From Macrostomum lignano (lineage: Eukaryota): DNA of 64,000 nucleotides. The DNA lies in NCBI GenBank assembly GCA_002269645.1, contig NIVC01000754.1, forward strand, positions 1 through 64,000, given 5' to 3'. A model generated the notes under the pieces. The model saw nothing but the letters and a program-made list of their open reading frames with translations, ran no database searches and was not told the DNA's origin. This document shows positions 1-13,514 of this stretch, piece by piece (position 1 is the stretch's first letter; every line of letters begins with the position of its first letter). Both the position numbers and the translations under genes were made by a program.

Positions 1-830
1 CAATAAACCAAGGACTATTGCTATTAATAAACAAGGATTACTGCACTCAATAAACCAAGGACTATTGCCTTGGCAAACCAAGATTACTGCACTCAATAAA
101 CAAGGACTATTGCTCTTGCAAACCCAAGGATTACTGCACTCGATAAGCCAAGGACTATTGCTCTTGGCAAACAAGGATTACTGCACTCGATAAGCCATGG
201 ATTATTGCTATTAATAAACCAAGGATTACTGCACTCGATAAGCCAAGGATTATTGCTATTAATAAACCAAGGATTACTGCACTCGATAAACCAAGGATTA
301 TGCACTTGGGCAAACAAGGATTACTGCACTCGATAAGCCAAGGATTATTGCTATTAATAAACCAAGGATTACTGCACTCAATAAACCAAGGACTATTGCT
401 ATTAATAAACCAAGGATTACTGCACTCAATAAACCAAGGACTATTGCTCTTGGCAAACCAAGGATTACTGCACTCGATAAGCCAAGGACTATTGCTCTTG
501 GCAAACCAAGGATTACTGCACTCGATAAGCCAAGGATATTGCTCTTGGCAAACAAGGATTACTGCACTCGATAAGCCATGGATTATTGCTATTAATAAAC
601 CAAGGATTACTGCACTCGATAAGGCATGGATTATGCTATTAATAAACAAGGATTACTGCACTCGATAAGCCAAGGATTATTGCTATTATAAACCATGAAT
701 TACTGCACTCGATAAGCCAAGGATTATTGCTATTAATAAACCAAGGATACTGCACTCGATAAGCCATGGATTATTGCTATTAATAAACCAAGGATTACTG
801 CACTCGATAGCCAAGGATTACTGCGCTTGA
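1..830. repeat. 48-bp tandem minisatellite made of two related 24-bp halves
   Basis: Units GGATTACTGCACTCGATAAGCCAA / GGATTATTGCTATTAATAAACCAA alternate; overlapping ORFs show 16-aa periodicity; runs off the window start. Confidence 0.95.
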
Positions 831-865
831 TAAGCTTGGCTACATGTATAGGATTATTTCTATCC

Positions 866-1070
866 AGGGATGCTTGCTATTTAGGGATTCTTGCTATGTG
901 CAGGATGCTTGCTATCTGGAAGGATGCTTCTACATTATTTGGGGTATGCTTGCTATCTGCAAGATGCTTGCTATCTGCAAGATGCTTGCTATCTGCAGAT
1001 GCTTGCTATCTGGGTGGATGCTTGCTAGGAGTATTAGGGGATGCTTGCTACTGGGGGGATGCTTGCTGTC
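866..1070. repeat. Degenerate short-period repeat with GATGCTTGCTA core
   Basis: About 10 recurrences of GATGCTTGCTA(T) at roughly 19-20 bp spacing. Confidence 0.8.
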
Positions 1071-1227
1071 TTGGGAATATTTTCTATTTAGGGGTAATGA
1101 CTAAATTCATGAGAGCTAGCTAGAGGTAAACAGACTAAACTGCTAAATGCAGGGACGATGGTTCGAATTTTTAGAGAGTAGAGTTTTTTAATTAAAGCCT
1201 TTTAACGCCAAGACAAAAAAATTATGG

Positions 1228-1960
1228 AAGCGTCATGTAAACAATCATACAAGCGTCATGTAAACAATCATAGAAGCGTCATGTAAACAATCATAGAAGC
1301 GTCATGTAAAAATCATAGAAGCGTCATGCAAGCAATCATAGAAGCGTAATGTAAACAATCATAGAAGCGTCATGTTAAAATCATACAAGCGTCATGTAAA
1401 CAATCATACAAGCGTCATGTAAACAATCATAGAAGCGTCATGTAAAAAATCATAGAAGCGTCATGTTAAAATCATAGAAGCGTCATGTAAACAATCATAG
1501 AAGCGTCATGTAAACAATCATAGAAGCGTCATGTAAAAATCATAGAAGCGTCATGTAAAAATCATAGAAGCGTCATGTAAACAATCATAGAAGCGTCATG
1601 TAAACAATCATAGAAGCGTCATGTATACAATCATAGAAGCGTCATGTAAACAATCATAGAAGCGTCATGTATACAATCATAGAAGCGTCATGTAAACAAT
1701 CATAGAAGCGTCATGTAAAAATCATAGAAGCGTCATGTAAAAATCATAGAAGCGTCATGTAAAAATCATAGAAGCGTCATGTAAAAAATCATAGAAGCGT
1801 CATGTAAAATCATAAAAGCGTCATGTAAAAAATCATAGAAGCGTCATGTAAACAATCATACAAGCGTCATGTAAACAATCATAGAAGCGTCATGTAAAAA
1901 TCATACAAGCGTCATGTAAACAAGCATAGAAGCGTCATGAAAAATTATAGAAGCCTCATA
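1228..1960. repeat. 23-24 bp tandem satellite (AATCATAGAAGCGTCATGTAAAC)
   Basis: About 30 near-identical tandem units. Confidence 0.95.
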
Positions 1961-2902
1961 TAAAAACTAATGAAAGTGTGTCATTTAAAAAATTAAGAAG
2001 CATCATGGAAGAATAAAAGAAGCGTAACGTAAAAATCAAAAGAAGCGTCATGTCAGACATGAAAGAAATGTCATATAAAAATTAAATGAAGCTATAGTAC
2101 AGTGCTGTGCTGGGGAGAATTACTGAGACGTCAAGGCTCACAGAGAATAACTGAGATTACAGGGGGGTTTCTGAGATGTTAAAGCAAAAGTCAGAAGCTA
2201 CTTCAAAGTACATGTACTTTACTTAAGTTTTTTATTGCATTCTTTGTTGGCTTGCCACGGTGGGGGGGGCGCTGATAGAAGAAGAGTCATGTAAAAATAA
2301 AAGGAGCACTATGTATACATAAAATAAAAGTCATGTCAAAGTTAAAAGATTCATTTGGAATTGCTACGATGTCAAAGCTTGGAGGGAATCGTTATAGTGC
2401 TGTGATTCTTAAAGAAGGAATCACTTAAATGCCAAGGCTTAGGGAAGAAGAATTGCTGTGATTTCAAGGCTTTAGGTTGGGTGAAAGTTAGGTTTACGTC
2501 AGGTTTGGGTTGAGGGTTAGATTTTAGCGCGTTTCAAGGTTAACAGGGGATTTTTTAGATTTCAAGGTTTATGGGGGGCATCGCTGACATGTCAAGGCTT
2601 ACGAGGGAATCTATCTATCTATCTATAGCTGAGATGTCAAGGCTCACGGGGGAATAAATGAGATGTCAAGGCTAATGTCAGAAGCTACATGTAGTTTATT
2701 GGAAAAAAGTTATTACATTATTTGTTGGCTCCTCACGGGAGGGATCGCTGATAGAAAAAGCGTAATGTAAAAAAAAGAAGCTTCATGTCAAAGTTAAGAG
2801 ATTCATTTGGGAATCCCTACGATGTCGAGGCTTGTAGGGAATCGCTATAATGCTGTAGTAGTGCTATAGACTCTTAGAGAGAATTACTGAAATTTCAATG
2901 CT

Positions 2903-2936
2903 TTAGGGTTAGGGTTAGGGTTAGGGTTAGGGTTAG
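2903..2936 (+). repeat. Interstitial telomeric repeat (TTAGGG)5
   Basis: Five perfect TTAGGG units plus TTAG. Confidence 0.95.
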
Positions 2937-3997
2937 AAAATAGACAGATTTTTTAAGATTTCAAGGCTTGTGGGAGCATTGCTGAGATGTCAAGGGGGAG
3001 TTGATATGTTAAGGCTTGTGGGGGGGGATTGCTGACATGTCAAGGCTTACAAGGGTACTGGTAGCGTACTGAAGCATACTGGTAGAAGTAGCTCTGAAAG
3101 AAGGCAAGTATGGTTGAATTTCAATGTCTGTTATAAAATTCTGCACAAACATGTTTTATTGGTACATAAGCCTGGAATTAAAATGAGAATTCGATTCCTA
3201 GCCCCCTCCCTAAGAATTTTTTTTCATTTAAAAGGATTCGTCCCTTGCTTATTGGCCACCCCGAAGGCCATTTTTTATCAAAAATGATAAAAATAATTTT
3301 TATCAAACACGTTGACATATACAGGGCTCTAAACTAAAAACTGTAAAAAGTTGATAGTTTTGTTTTACCTAAAATGCGTTATTAACGATCTCCAAAAATT
3401 CCTATTTTAAGCTTAAGCTTAAGAAAAACACTTAAAGTACTCCTGCTAAAAGGTATATTATATTAGACGAATATTAATTATTTCTGCTCCCCGAAGGGGG
3501 GCAAAACTTTAGCTAGTCCTATATACTAAAAATGTGATGTCTATATATATGTGATAGATTAGAGAAAAAATGGCTGGACCGATTTTGTTCGAACTTGCAC
3601 TGTTCGATCAGAAATTTTCCCGTGACGGTACATGCATCGTGGCTAAGAAATTGCTCGATGCTAAAGGCATTAAATATTCGAAAAACATGCTTTTTTGCAA
3701 AGGTCAAGCAAACTTTTTGACTTGAAATGCATTGTAAGAATGCTAGAGAAAAAACTGACTGTTGAATTCTGACTCTGAAATATATTGCATCATAACTGAA
3801 TTGTAACTCCGACTTGAATTGAAAATGCAGTGTGGAAGCGTAGCACCAGACTTGATTTAAATTGCGTAACCATATTGTTAACTGATACTGACTGACTGAG
3901 AAACTGATTATGTCATAACTGCTTCGTGTGATTTACTCTATGCTTGGATTTAAAAGTGTTGAGTTATATAAGTGCAAAAGTTGATGTTATCAAAACG

Positions 3998-5469
3998 ATG
4001 AGAGCTAGCCTAAAGGTGAACAACCTGAACTGCTAAATGCAGTGACGATGGTTTGAATTTTCATAGAGTATAATTTTTTTAATTAAAGCTTTTCAACGTC
4101 AGGAAAACTAAAAGACTTTTTAAAAAGAAGCGTCATGTAAAAATCATAGAAGCGTCATTTACAAAATCATAGAAGCATCATTTAAAAAATCATAGAAGCG
4201 TCATTTACAAAATCATAGAAGCATCATTTAAAAAATCATAGAAGCGTCATGTAAACAATCATAGAAGCGTCATGTAAACAATCATAGAAGCGTCATGTAA
4301 AAAATCGTAGAAGCGTCATATAAAAATCATAGAAGCGTAATGTAAAAATCATAGAAGCGTCAAGAAAAAATCATAGAAGCCTCATTTAAAACTAATGAAA
4401 GTGTCATTTAAAAAATTAAGAAGCGTCACGGTAGAATAAAAGAAACGTCATGTCAGACATGAAGGTGTCATGTAAAAATTAAATGCAATTATAGTGCTGT
4501 GCTGGGGAGAAAAACTGAGACGTAAAGGCTCTCAGAAATAACTGAGATTACGGGGGGGGGGTTTCTGAGATGTCAAAGCAAAAGTCAGAAGCTACTTCAA
4601 AGTTCATGTACTTTACTCCATTTTTTATTGCATTCTTTGTTGGCTCGTCACGGGGGGGGCGCTGATAGAAGAAAAGTCATGTAAAAAATAAAAGTAGCAC
4701 TATGTATACATAAAAGAAAAGTCATGTCGAAGTTAAAAGATTCATTTGGGAATTGCTACGATGTCAAAGCTTGGTGGAAATCGTTATAGTGCTGTGATTC
4801 TTAAAGAAAGAATCACTAAAATGTCAAGGCTTAGGGGAGAAGAATTGCTGAGATTTCAAGGCTTTAGGTTGGGTTAAAGTAAGGTTTAGGTCAGGTGTGG
4901 GTTGAGGGTTATATTTTATCGGGTTTCAAGGTTAACAGGGGATTTTTTAGATTTCAAGGTTTATGGGGGCCATTGCTGACATGTCAAGGCTTACGGGGGA
5001 ATAGCTGAGATGTCAAGGCTCACGGGGGTATAAATGAGATTTCAAAGCTAAAGTCAGAAGCTACATGTAGTTTATTGAAAACTTTTTATTACATTATTTG
5101 ATGCCTCCTCAGGGGAGGGATCGCTGATAAAAAAACGTAATGTAAAAAATAAAAGAAGCTTCATGTCGAAGTTAAGAGATTCATTTGGGAATCCCTACGA
5201 TGTTGAGGCTTGCAAGGAATCGCTATAATGCTGTAGTAGTGCTATAATGACTCTTAGAGAGAATTACTGAAATTTCAATGCTTTAGGGTTAGGTTAGGGT
5301 TAGGGTTAGGGTTAGGGTTAGGGTTAGGGTTAGGCTAGGGTTAGGGTTAGAAGGTTGACAGATATTTTTAGTTTCCAAGGCTTATTGGGGGCATTGCTGA
5401 GATGTCAAGGGGGGAAGTTGATATGTTAAAGCTTGTGGGGGGATAACTGACATGTCAAGGCTTACAAGG
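3998..5469 (+). repeat. Composite duplicated unit, copy 2
   Basis: Colinear diverged copy of 1109-3054 with a shorter 23-24 bp satellite (about 4128-4380). Confidence 0.85.
5283..5350 (+). repeat. Interstitial telomeric repeat, about 11 TTAGGG-type units
   Basis: TTAGGG array with two variant units. Confidence 0.95.
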
Positions 5470-6817
5470 TTTGACAGGAGATTTTTTAAGATTTCAAGGA
5501 TACATGTAGCTTATTAAAAAAACGTGTATTGCATTTCTTTGGCTCCCCAACGGGGGGCGTAGATTGCTAGTTGTGTCTAAAATGCTCGTAGCACTTGAAA
5601 ATGTAGCTGAAAATGTTATATCTTTAATATGCGATGGGTGTTGCAATTAGAAGCATTTGCCATACCCGGTGGAAAACGTTACCGTGACAAGAATCGCTGA
5701 TAAGTCATTGCAAAAAACTCATCAGTGACTCTGGCGACTCTGGGGCCGATTTTGTGCCTTTTAATGCGACGGAGAGGCCAATTTTGAGTCCCAATCGCAT
5801 CACGTGAGTTGCAAAATCTTAAACAATCGCGAAAAAGTCGTCCAAGTGTCGATCTGTTTGCGCTTAACTTTCTACTAACTCAAGTAGACTAAATAGAGTT
5901 GTTATAAATGCAAAATGCGACTCTAATTCATAAAGTGAGACGCAGATGCGCTTTATAGACGCAACTCAGTGATTCTAAAGCGACTCCAGCACGTCTCAGA
6001 AGACTTTTGGTGACTTTTATCGTGACAGATCGTCGTTTTAGGGTCGTCTAGAATCACCGGCCTTCCTTTCTATTTTACCTGTGTTACATGCAACGACTCT
6101 GAAACGACTCCGGGGCGATGCAAGTGACTGGGACGTTTCTTGGCCTACATGTAGGTACCGTTTTCATTGGGACAGGCAACTGTCCGATTGAATACAAGCT
6201 ATGTATCATAGGGAAACTTGCGAGAAGTTGTGTAAATGCTGCAGTGTAGGGGAGGCACAGAGCAATTTGAACTTTAGGACTGTTGCTTTTTCAGTCACTC
6301 GAACGCGAAGGAATGCATCGATTGAAAAGCCTTTCGGACAATGGGATCAAAGGAGCTAGCCAAATGGCGCTCCATTCTGACATGTCAATGGCATGGAGAA
6401 ACAGTAATAGTAACAGGGATAGCATGTTGACAATGATAAAACACTGACATGTCTTAGCATGTCTAAGCAGAAAAATATGCAACTAGGATATATTCGATTT
6501 ATTGACTGGGAGCCACGCCCCACTTGCAGTTTTAGCTCATTGGCAAAAGGCTTTGCTCATTGGGCCGCTGCTCCAAAGTATTAATGGATAAAAGCCGCTG
6601 AATTACCGCGGTATTTTTCTACTTTGATGGAACCTGTATCAGTAAATACGCTCGTAATCATAGAGTAAGATTGATAACTAATAATGCTACATATATTGAT
6701 ACAATGCTTTTGTAGCATTACATAACTTTTAATAAAAGGGATATCTTCTGAACTGATGCCATCATGCCAAGGTAGCAGTTAGGGGGCCGTGACCCTCAAT
6801 AGACTGGCAAAAATTAT

Positions 6818-6912
6818 GGCGCCCCTTGGTGCTGGCGCCCCTTGGTGCTGGCGCCCTTGGTGCTGGCGCCCCTTGGTGCTGGTGCCCCTTGGTGCTGGCG
6901 CCCCTTAGTGCT
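6818..6912. repeat. 16-17 bp tandem repeat GGCGCCCCTTGGTGCT
   Basis: About 6 tandem units. Confidence 0.85.
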
Positions 6913-7213
6913 ACAAAGCCTATGTGCTGGCGCCTCTTTTGTTACCCTAATTACATGTAATATCGCCCCGCGCTAGTACCCCTCTAATACAAAATCCTGG
7001 CTACACTCCTATTCGTACATGAACTTCTGTCCAAGTGGCTCTAGCCGCTCAAAAATCACTCATTGAATGAGTTTTGTTAACAGTTACAGTAAAATAATTC
7101 TTCCAGTTGCCAATCCGTCCCTTAGACAGATAAATTTAAAGTCTGGGCTTAGACAGGAGCGCTTTGAAGTGAACTTGGATTCACGTTTTTGTTGTTTTGC
7201 ACTGCGTCGATAT

Positions 7214-7548
7214 GGCGGGTTGTAGCCCAGTGGTGAAAGCGTCGGACTAATGGCTTGTAGGTTGGGGGTTCGATTCTTGACCCACTCGCCCACTCGGGAC
7301 AATTTGTGTCCTTGAGCAAGACACTTAACTCTGCATCGCTGCAGTTCAGCTGTAAAATAGGTGCTAGCATTAGCTGAGGTAATTGAGGGTGTATGTAGAG
7401 ACCCAACAGTCCTTGGACTGAACAGCCGTACGCAGCCTTCAGAGGCGCCGCGCAATAGCTGCGGCTGAGTTGTCGGTAGCCCATCTGCCCATTAGGCTGG
7501 AGTTGTTATTATTATTAATATTATTATTATTATTGTTATTATTATTAT
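7214..7548 (+). mobile_element. tRNA-derived SINE with CORE-like central domain and (TTA)n tail
   Basis: A box TAGCCCAGTGG, B box GTTCGATTC, central GTCCTTGAGCAAGACACTTAAC...CTGTAAAATAGG, TTA tail; TGCGTCGA at 7203-7210 and 7549-7556 (probable TSD); second copy at 40510. Confidence 0.85.
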
Positions 7549-9465
7549 TGCGTCGAAGATTGCATGCGTGCTGTGCTAAAAATGGATGGATTTAAGCCTC
7601 AGTTGCATTTGTCGCTATAGCTCTTATTTCCTTGTAAAAGTACATTCGCACTTTCAGAATCTGCTCGACCCCAATCAAGGAATGGCATACGCTATACAGC
7701 AGGCTGGAGTTCTTTGTGGTGTCTACACTGTGCATAGGCAGTAGACAATTGCTTTTGTGTGAGGGTGATGGCAGACTGAAGTGTGTGTTAATCAGAACGT
7801 CATCGTTGAAGTACTCGAAGTGTACCGCCAAGTTTTCGACCGTTTGCAGCAGCGTTGAGTACCGTGGGAGTTGCGTGTATCTTTCGATTTTTGTTCGGGG
7901 GCCAGTCAAGTATGTCGAATTGAAGATTGACTTTGAGCTTGATAAACAATTTCCTAGCTGACTTCTTTAGCTTGTGCGGTTGGTCTCTTTTTTTAACGAG
8001 CAAAATGCACTTTAATATCTAAGGTTTGAGTTTTAAGTACACATAGGGAACTTAATGGCTGGTACATCTATAGTAGGCACAGTTTATGGTCTCGTATGTT
8101 TTTCTCCAATATTCATTCGTATATTAGGCCCGATTCAAGTTGTAAGCATACTGTCAAGGTTTTCTTACTTGTTTTTCACAAGACCTGCATGTAACTTTAC
8201 GGCGGATTTAAATCACACTCTGCTGATGTAATTTTAGATTATAAAGCTTTTTTAAAGACAGAAAAAAACTGACTGTTATTTTACTAATTAGGTTAAAGAA
8301 TCTCTCTTAATTGTGAGTGTTTGATTATACGATTGTTCCTACACTTTTTTATTAATACAGAAGGTACTTTAAATCACATACATTATAGTTTGCTACACAT
8401 ATACTACAGTAGTATTTTTGTAAAGCATATTAGCTGCATCGCTGCATCCTCATAAATCTATGTAATGCTGCTGCATCGGATGACTGCATGAGTTTCCGGC
8501 TTGTAAATCTCCTCAGGATTTAGGCAGGAGCGATCGCAGCTCAGCACTTCTGCAGGGAAAAAAATCCAAAGAGAGATCATCCTCATCTCAAAGCTACTCG
8601 TGTACGAGCGTATTCTATGCTCGGAGAGCTGTATCTGTAGTAGTCGCGGGATCTCACAGGGATTTTTGATCTTCTGTATCACGAGTCGCCTCAACATTTA
8701 GCAGCGATCTCTTTTGATCTACATCACCAGAGTCAGGCTGAAGCACGAGTCTACGCGCGTTGCTTTTGGTTGATTTGCTGCTTTTTTAGAAATCTTTTGA
8801 ACTACGAGTACTTCTATGCCAACGATGAACAATTGCGTATAGAAAGATGCTACACGTAAAAATCGTGCTTATTTCGCTGGATCCTACTTTTAATCAATAA
8901 ATTCCAAATATTTCACCATCTGGATTATCTAATTGCATTTTTTGTTCGGTCAATAAAGTTTGGAAAAAGTATCATTAGCTTATGGAAACGCTCAGTATAA
9001 AGTTGCGTTTCTAAATAGATTTCGCTAGGGTTTGCTTTTGACACATTCATATTGTTGAATAATGTTGATTATTGACCATGCATTCAAAGCAGAGCTTGAA
9101 TTGGAATCAGCAATGTTTGCACTTTTAACAGATAATATGCTGTACGTCATACGAACGTGCATAGCAACGCTGATCACAGAATCGCCCCCAGATAGTTAGA
9201 ATTGTCTTTGAAGACAGGTCGATCTACTGAATTTTACTTGTTAAACTGTACAGCAATCACATACGAGCGTAGCTGGCCAATCTAGTCCGTACACAATGTA
9301 CAGTATACTGTACAGCCAAGTCTTTTGTATAGCTTCATTCTTTGGTTGGAAAGGCTTCGCTTAGCAGAGTGTTGAAATGGCAGCGATAGTCGATGGCTGA
9401 GTTCGACAAGATTTCCTAACTTAAAAGGCAGATTTAGAATCTAGCTCGTGGCTGCGAGGTAGACG

Positions 9466-9650
9466 AGTGAGGAGAGAGGAGAGGAGAGAGAGAGAAGGGA
9501 GAGAAGAGATTAGAGAATGGAGAAGAGAGGAGAGGAGAAAGAAGAGAGGAGAAAGAGGAGAGAGAAGAGACGTTTCAAAGGACCCGAGGCCCGGATAGAG
9601 AGGCTTCGCGGGCCGCATGTGGCCCATGGGTTGGAGTTTTCCGACCCCTA
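9466..9650 (+). mobile_element. GA-rich tract followed by a hAT-like MITE 3' end fragment
   Basis: GA low-complexity 9466-9570, then GCGGGCCGCATGTGGCCC...TTTTCCGACCCCTA resembling hAT/Charlie-type ends; no matching left end seen. Confidence 0.4.
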
Positions 9651-9856
9651 TAGTCTATGCAGGCCATCCCTGCTGACTGGGGGCCAGCAGAAACTGATCC
9701 TTTAATGTCTTTTCAGACATCGGCTTGATGAGGTTAAAAACTTTAGCCTAGACTTAAGCCTTGAAGAGGTTAGGCAATTTCATATAGACACGATTTAATT
9801 TTCCAGCTTCGATCAAATCACTTTTTTTGCGGCAATCGCATCATCTTGAACTCCCT

Positions 9857-11620
9857 CTAGTTCGCGCATCCGATCCGCACCAAGATGCTGGAAATCTCAT
9901 CGTCCAGATATTTCTCGTCCATGAACTCCACCGCCTGACGCAGCCGACGTTTCAGCGGCAATCGAGCCACCGACCCGGCAAAGTTGCCTGTCGACTTCGA
10001 CAGAGCGGCTAGGCAGTCCAGAAGCCGCTTGCGCACGGCATTCCTGGCTAGAATTGCCAAACGGATCGGCTGCTTGTTGCAGAACCGTTTGAAACGTCGA
10101 TGAGCTGACGACAAAGCGTTGAAATTGGCCCAGTCAATAGCCGGGGCATCGGGCCTGCCCTTGATGACAGCGTAGTAGCGCCAGAACAATCGCGTACAGC
10201 TCGTTGCCGAGTCGGCCAACTCGAAGACACTGTCTGGCAGGCTCACGCCGTCGCCGTAGATGGCGTTCAACAGTAGGCAGAGCAGCAGACGAAGCCGACG
10301 ACTGGAGCGAAGCTCGCGTACACTGGCGGAGTCAGTGAGGTAGCAGAGCAGCAAGTGGTACATGGACAGCTGCCTACCAATCAGACTGGGACAGCAGGCT
10401 CTGTGCAGTGATGGCAGTTCGCTTGGTGCCTGGGTGGGTTAATTTGATTTGCTGGTGTTAATTGCGCCCTCTAGCGTACGGACGACAGAATAAAAATGAA
10501 ATAAAAACTTGAGGATGCGGGCGATTTAATTGGTGCAGGTTAAGAAGGATATGCCGCATATTATTTACGTGTACGAGTTACCATCTTAAGTCTACAACCC
10601 TGCTAACCATGAACCATCCTCTGTAATTGATGATAAATGAAGATAAAAACTGGGAATTTCATGTTGAATGTCTGCAATCTCTCAAGCGGAGGTTGGTGGT
10701 GGATTAAGCTGGCTTTGACCGATGTCTAAACTGTATCCAGTCAAGAAACGGTATAGGAAATGAAGCTTACCTGCCAGCAGTCTCGGTACCGCATCGACAT
10801 GCCGTGCTGTGCCAGGCATTTCAGCGCTGCCAATGCGCACCTGTGCAGCGCCGTGCTCGCCTCGATTCGATGCACTGCGGCGCCGTTCCGGTAGACCAGA
10901 TCGAGCATGGCGGCGTGGCACAGGCGCTGGAGCAACTGCTGGGGCAGACGGATCTGGTTGGCTCCGCTATGTCGCACGGTGAGCCGCAACAGCTCAAGCA
11001 GCTCGCACTCGGTCAGGTGACTCGGACAGTACTGCGCCTGGGTCAGCGACCAGACCAGCAGCTCCAGCGCGTTGCCAAAATCTCGCGTACTGCAGCGTCG
11101 AGTACCGCTGAGCCTGGCCGAGAACGATGAAGCCACCAGCATCCGTTGTTGAGCCTCGGGATGCGACGCGGCGCTCTGGACAAGCCGTTTAAAAGTGTCC
11201 CACTGGTGAAACTGGACCGCCAAGGCTAGAGGAGTCTGCGAGTAGCTGATCTGAATGCCGAACGTGGTCCGACCCCGGTAGTCCAGGTACAGCTGCGGCC
11301 GGACAAGTTGCTCTGTTTGTTGCTGCCCAGTTAGACTTGACTCGTTTAGCAACTCGGGACTGCATGCAGATGAAGAATCAATTACTCAACCGCAAACATA
11401 TTAAAAAATATGATTCAATCTTAAGGGTCTTTTAATTGCCAACATACCCATCGTACGAGTTGATTCTCGATATATCAGGCCGCGCTCTCGATTTTCGTTC
11501 CAACAGTCGCTGGGCGACTTCGCTCTCGCCAACAACGATGGCCCAGTGCAGGGCTGACAGCCTGACATGCTGCTCGCTGCCCGAGCTCTCCTGGGACACA
11601 GCCGGATGTCTCTGTCCCAT
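9857..11620 (-). CDS. Ankyrin-repeat and SOCS-box protein (ASB-like), 3 exons, 444 aa
   Basis: Exons 11620-11448, 11359-10771, 10429-9857 with GT-AG introns join in frame (1335 nt); ankyrin-like LSALHWAIVVGESEVAQRLL, TPLALAV, TALHRC; C-terminal PIRLAILARNAVRKRL...LPLKRRLRQAVEF. Confidence 0.75.
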
Positions 11621-12144
11621 GCCGCTCTCAGACTAGACTCTAAGCTCACTCGTTATGCTCTAGCTGCATGTATCCAATATTATCTTTTTCCTCTCCCTAT
11701 ATTTATGGCTTGGACAAATCTGCAAGTAAACAGGGAGTGGCCACACCCAATCAGGTTACGAGGCTCATGCTGACAAACCCCAGCCCCACAGACTGACTGA
11801 CAGTGTAGCTTAGAAAGTACAGAATTACTGCAGTCAAGCTTATGAATTCTCTTTTGTAGGTTCCCTCTTAATCCAGCTTAAATCGGTTCCTGACTAAAAA
11901 AATCTAAATGAATTCGTTAAATAAATTCTTTGCTGCACGGTCGGAGCAACAGAAGAGTAGCGCATAGGTTGATTGATGCCTCAACTGAATTTTTACACTG
12001 CAGCACAGAGCGAGACATGCCCTGAAGACCGAATCGTTTGCTTGATTCTGCTTGATTCTGTTTGAACTACGAGCGTAATCCTGCCATTTGATTTTGACCA
12101 TGGTAAGGGTGTTACTAGTTCGCTAGAGAATAAAATTAATTGCC

Positions 12145-13310
12145 AGACACAATCTGGAGACACAGTCTGGAGACACAATCTGGAGACACAATTTGGAGAC
12201 AAAACTTGAAGACACAAGCTATTGAAACAATCTGAAGACGCCATCTGGAGACACAGTATAGAGACGCCGTTTGAAGACACAATCTGGAGACACAATCTAG
12301 AGGCACAATCTGGAGACACAATCTGAAGACACACCCTGAAGATATATAATCTATAGACAGAATCTGGAGACACAATCTGGGAGCACAAACTGAAGATAAA
12401 ATCTGGGAACACAAACTGAAGACACAATCTGAAGACACAATCTGAAGACACAATCTGAAGACATAATCTGAAGACACACTTTGAAGATACAATCTATAGA
12501 CACAATCTGGAGACACAATCTGGGAACACAAACTGAAGACACAATCTGAAGACACAATCTGAAGACATAATCTGAAGACACACTCTGAAGATACAATCTA
12601 TAGACACAATCTGGAGACACAATCTGGGAACACAATCTGAAGACACAATCTGAAGACACACTCTGTAGACACAATCTGAAGACATAATCTGAAGACACAA
12701 TCTGAAGATATATAATCTATAGACAGAATCTGGAGACACAATCTAGGAGCACAAACTGAAGATAAAATCTGGGAACACAAACTGAAGACACAATCTGAAG
12801 ACACAATCTGAAGACACACTCTGTAGACACAATCTGGGAACACAATCTGAAGATACAATCTATAGACACAATCTGGAGACACAATCTGGGAACACAATCT
12901 GAAGATAAAATCTGGGAACACAATCTGAAGATACAATCTATAGACACAATCTGGAGACACAATCTGGGAACACAATCTGAAGACACAATCTGAAGACACA
13001 CTCTGTAGATACAATCTGAAGACACAATCTGAAGACACAATCTGAAGACACAATCTGAAGACACAATCTCTGAAGACACAATCTGGAGACACAATCTGGG
13101 AACACAATCTGAAGATACAATCTATAGACAATCTGGAGACACAATCTGGGAACACAATCTGAAGACACAATCTGAAGACACACTCTGTAGATACAATCTG
13201 AAGACACAATCTGGAGACACAATCTGGAGACACAATCTGGGAACACAATCTGAAGACAAAATCTGAAGACACAATCTGAAGACACAATCTGGGAACACAA
13301 TCTGGGAACT
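12145..13310. repeat. 13-bp minisatellite (GAAGACACAATCT and variants)
   Basis: About 90 tandem units; source of the CLQIVS-type repeat ORFs. Confidence 0.95.
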
Positions 13311-13514
13311 AAAGTCGCGGAATTGATAATGCGCGATGAGAAACCAATGTACTGGGCTGGGACAGCGACCCTGGCATCAACATGAAATGAGAGAGAGAGA
13401 CGAAAAAATTCAAATATAGACCAGACGGTTGTTTATGAATGAAGCTTGGAAATTTTCCAGATAATGGTTAATATCAGTCTGAAATATCGTTGAAGCAGCT
13501 TCTTCCGTTTTTTG

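Larger units (their letters stand above)
1109..3054 (+). repeat. Composite duplicated unit, copy 1 (satellite + two ~490-bp subunits ending in telomere-like tracts)
   Basis: Starts ATGAGAGCTAGC and ends GTCAAGGCTTACAAGG; colinear with 3998-5469. Confidence 0.85.

Noticed and set aside
93-1123. Periodic ORFs on both strands
   Set aside because: Translations of the 48-bp and GATGCTTGCTA repeats; no independent coding signal.
5665-6150. TA|CCCGGTGGAAAA start resembling the 40797 TIR
   Set aside because: No matching right TIR or TSD found; at most a decayed relative.
7214-7290. tRNA gene (also 40510-40580)
   Set aside because: A and B boxes present but no convincing cloverleaf, and each continues into a shared SINE body and tail.
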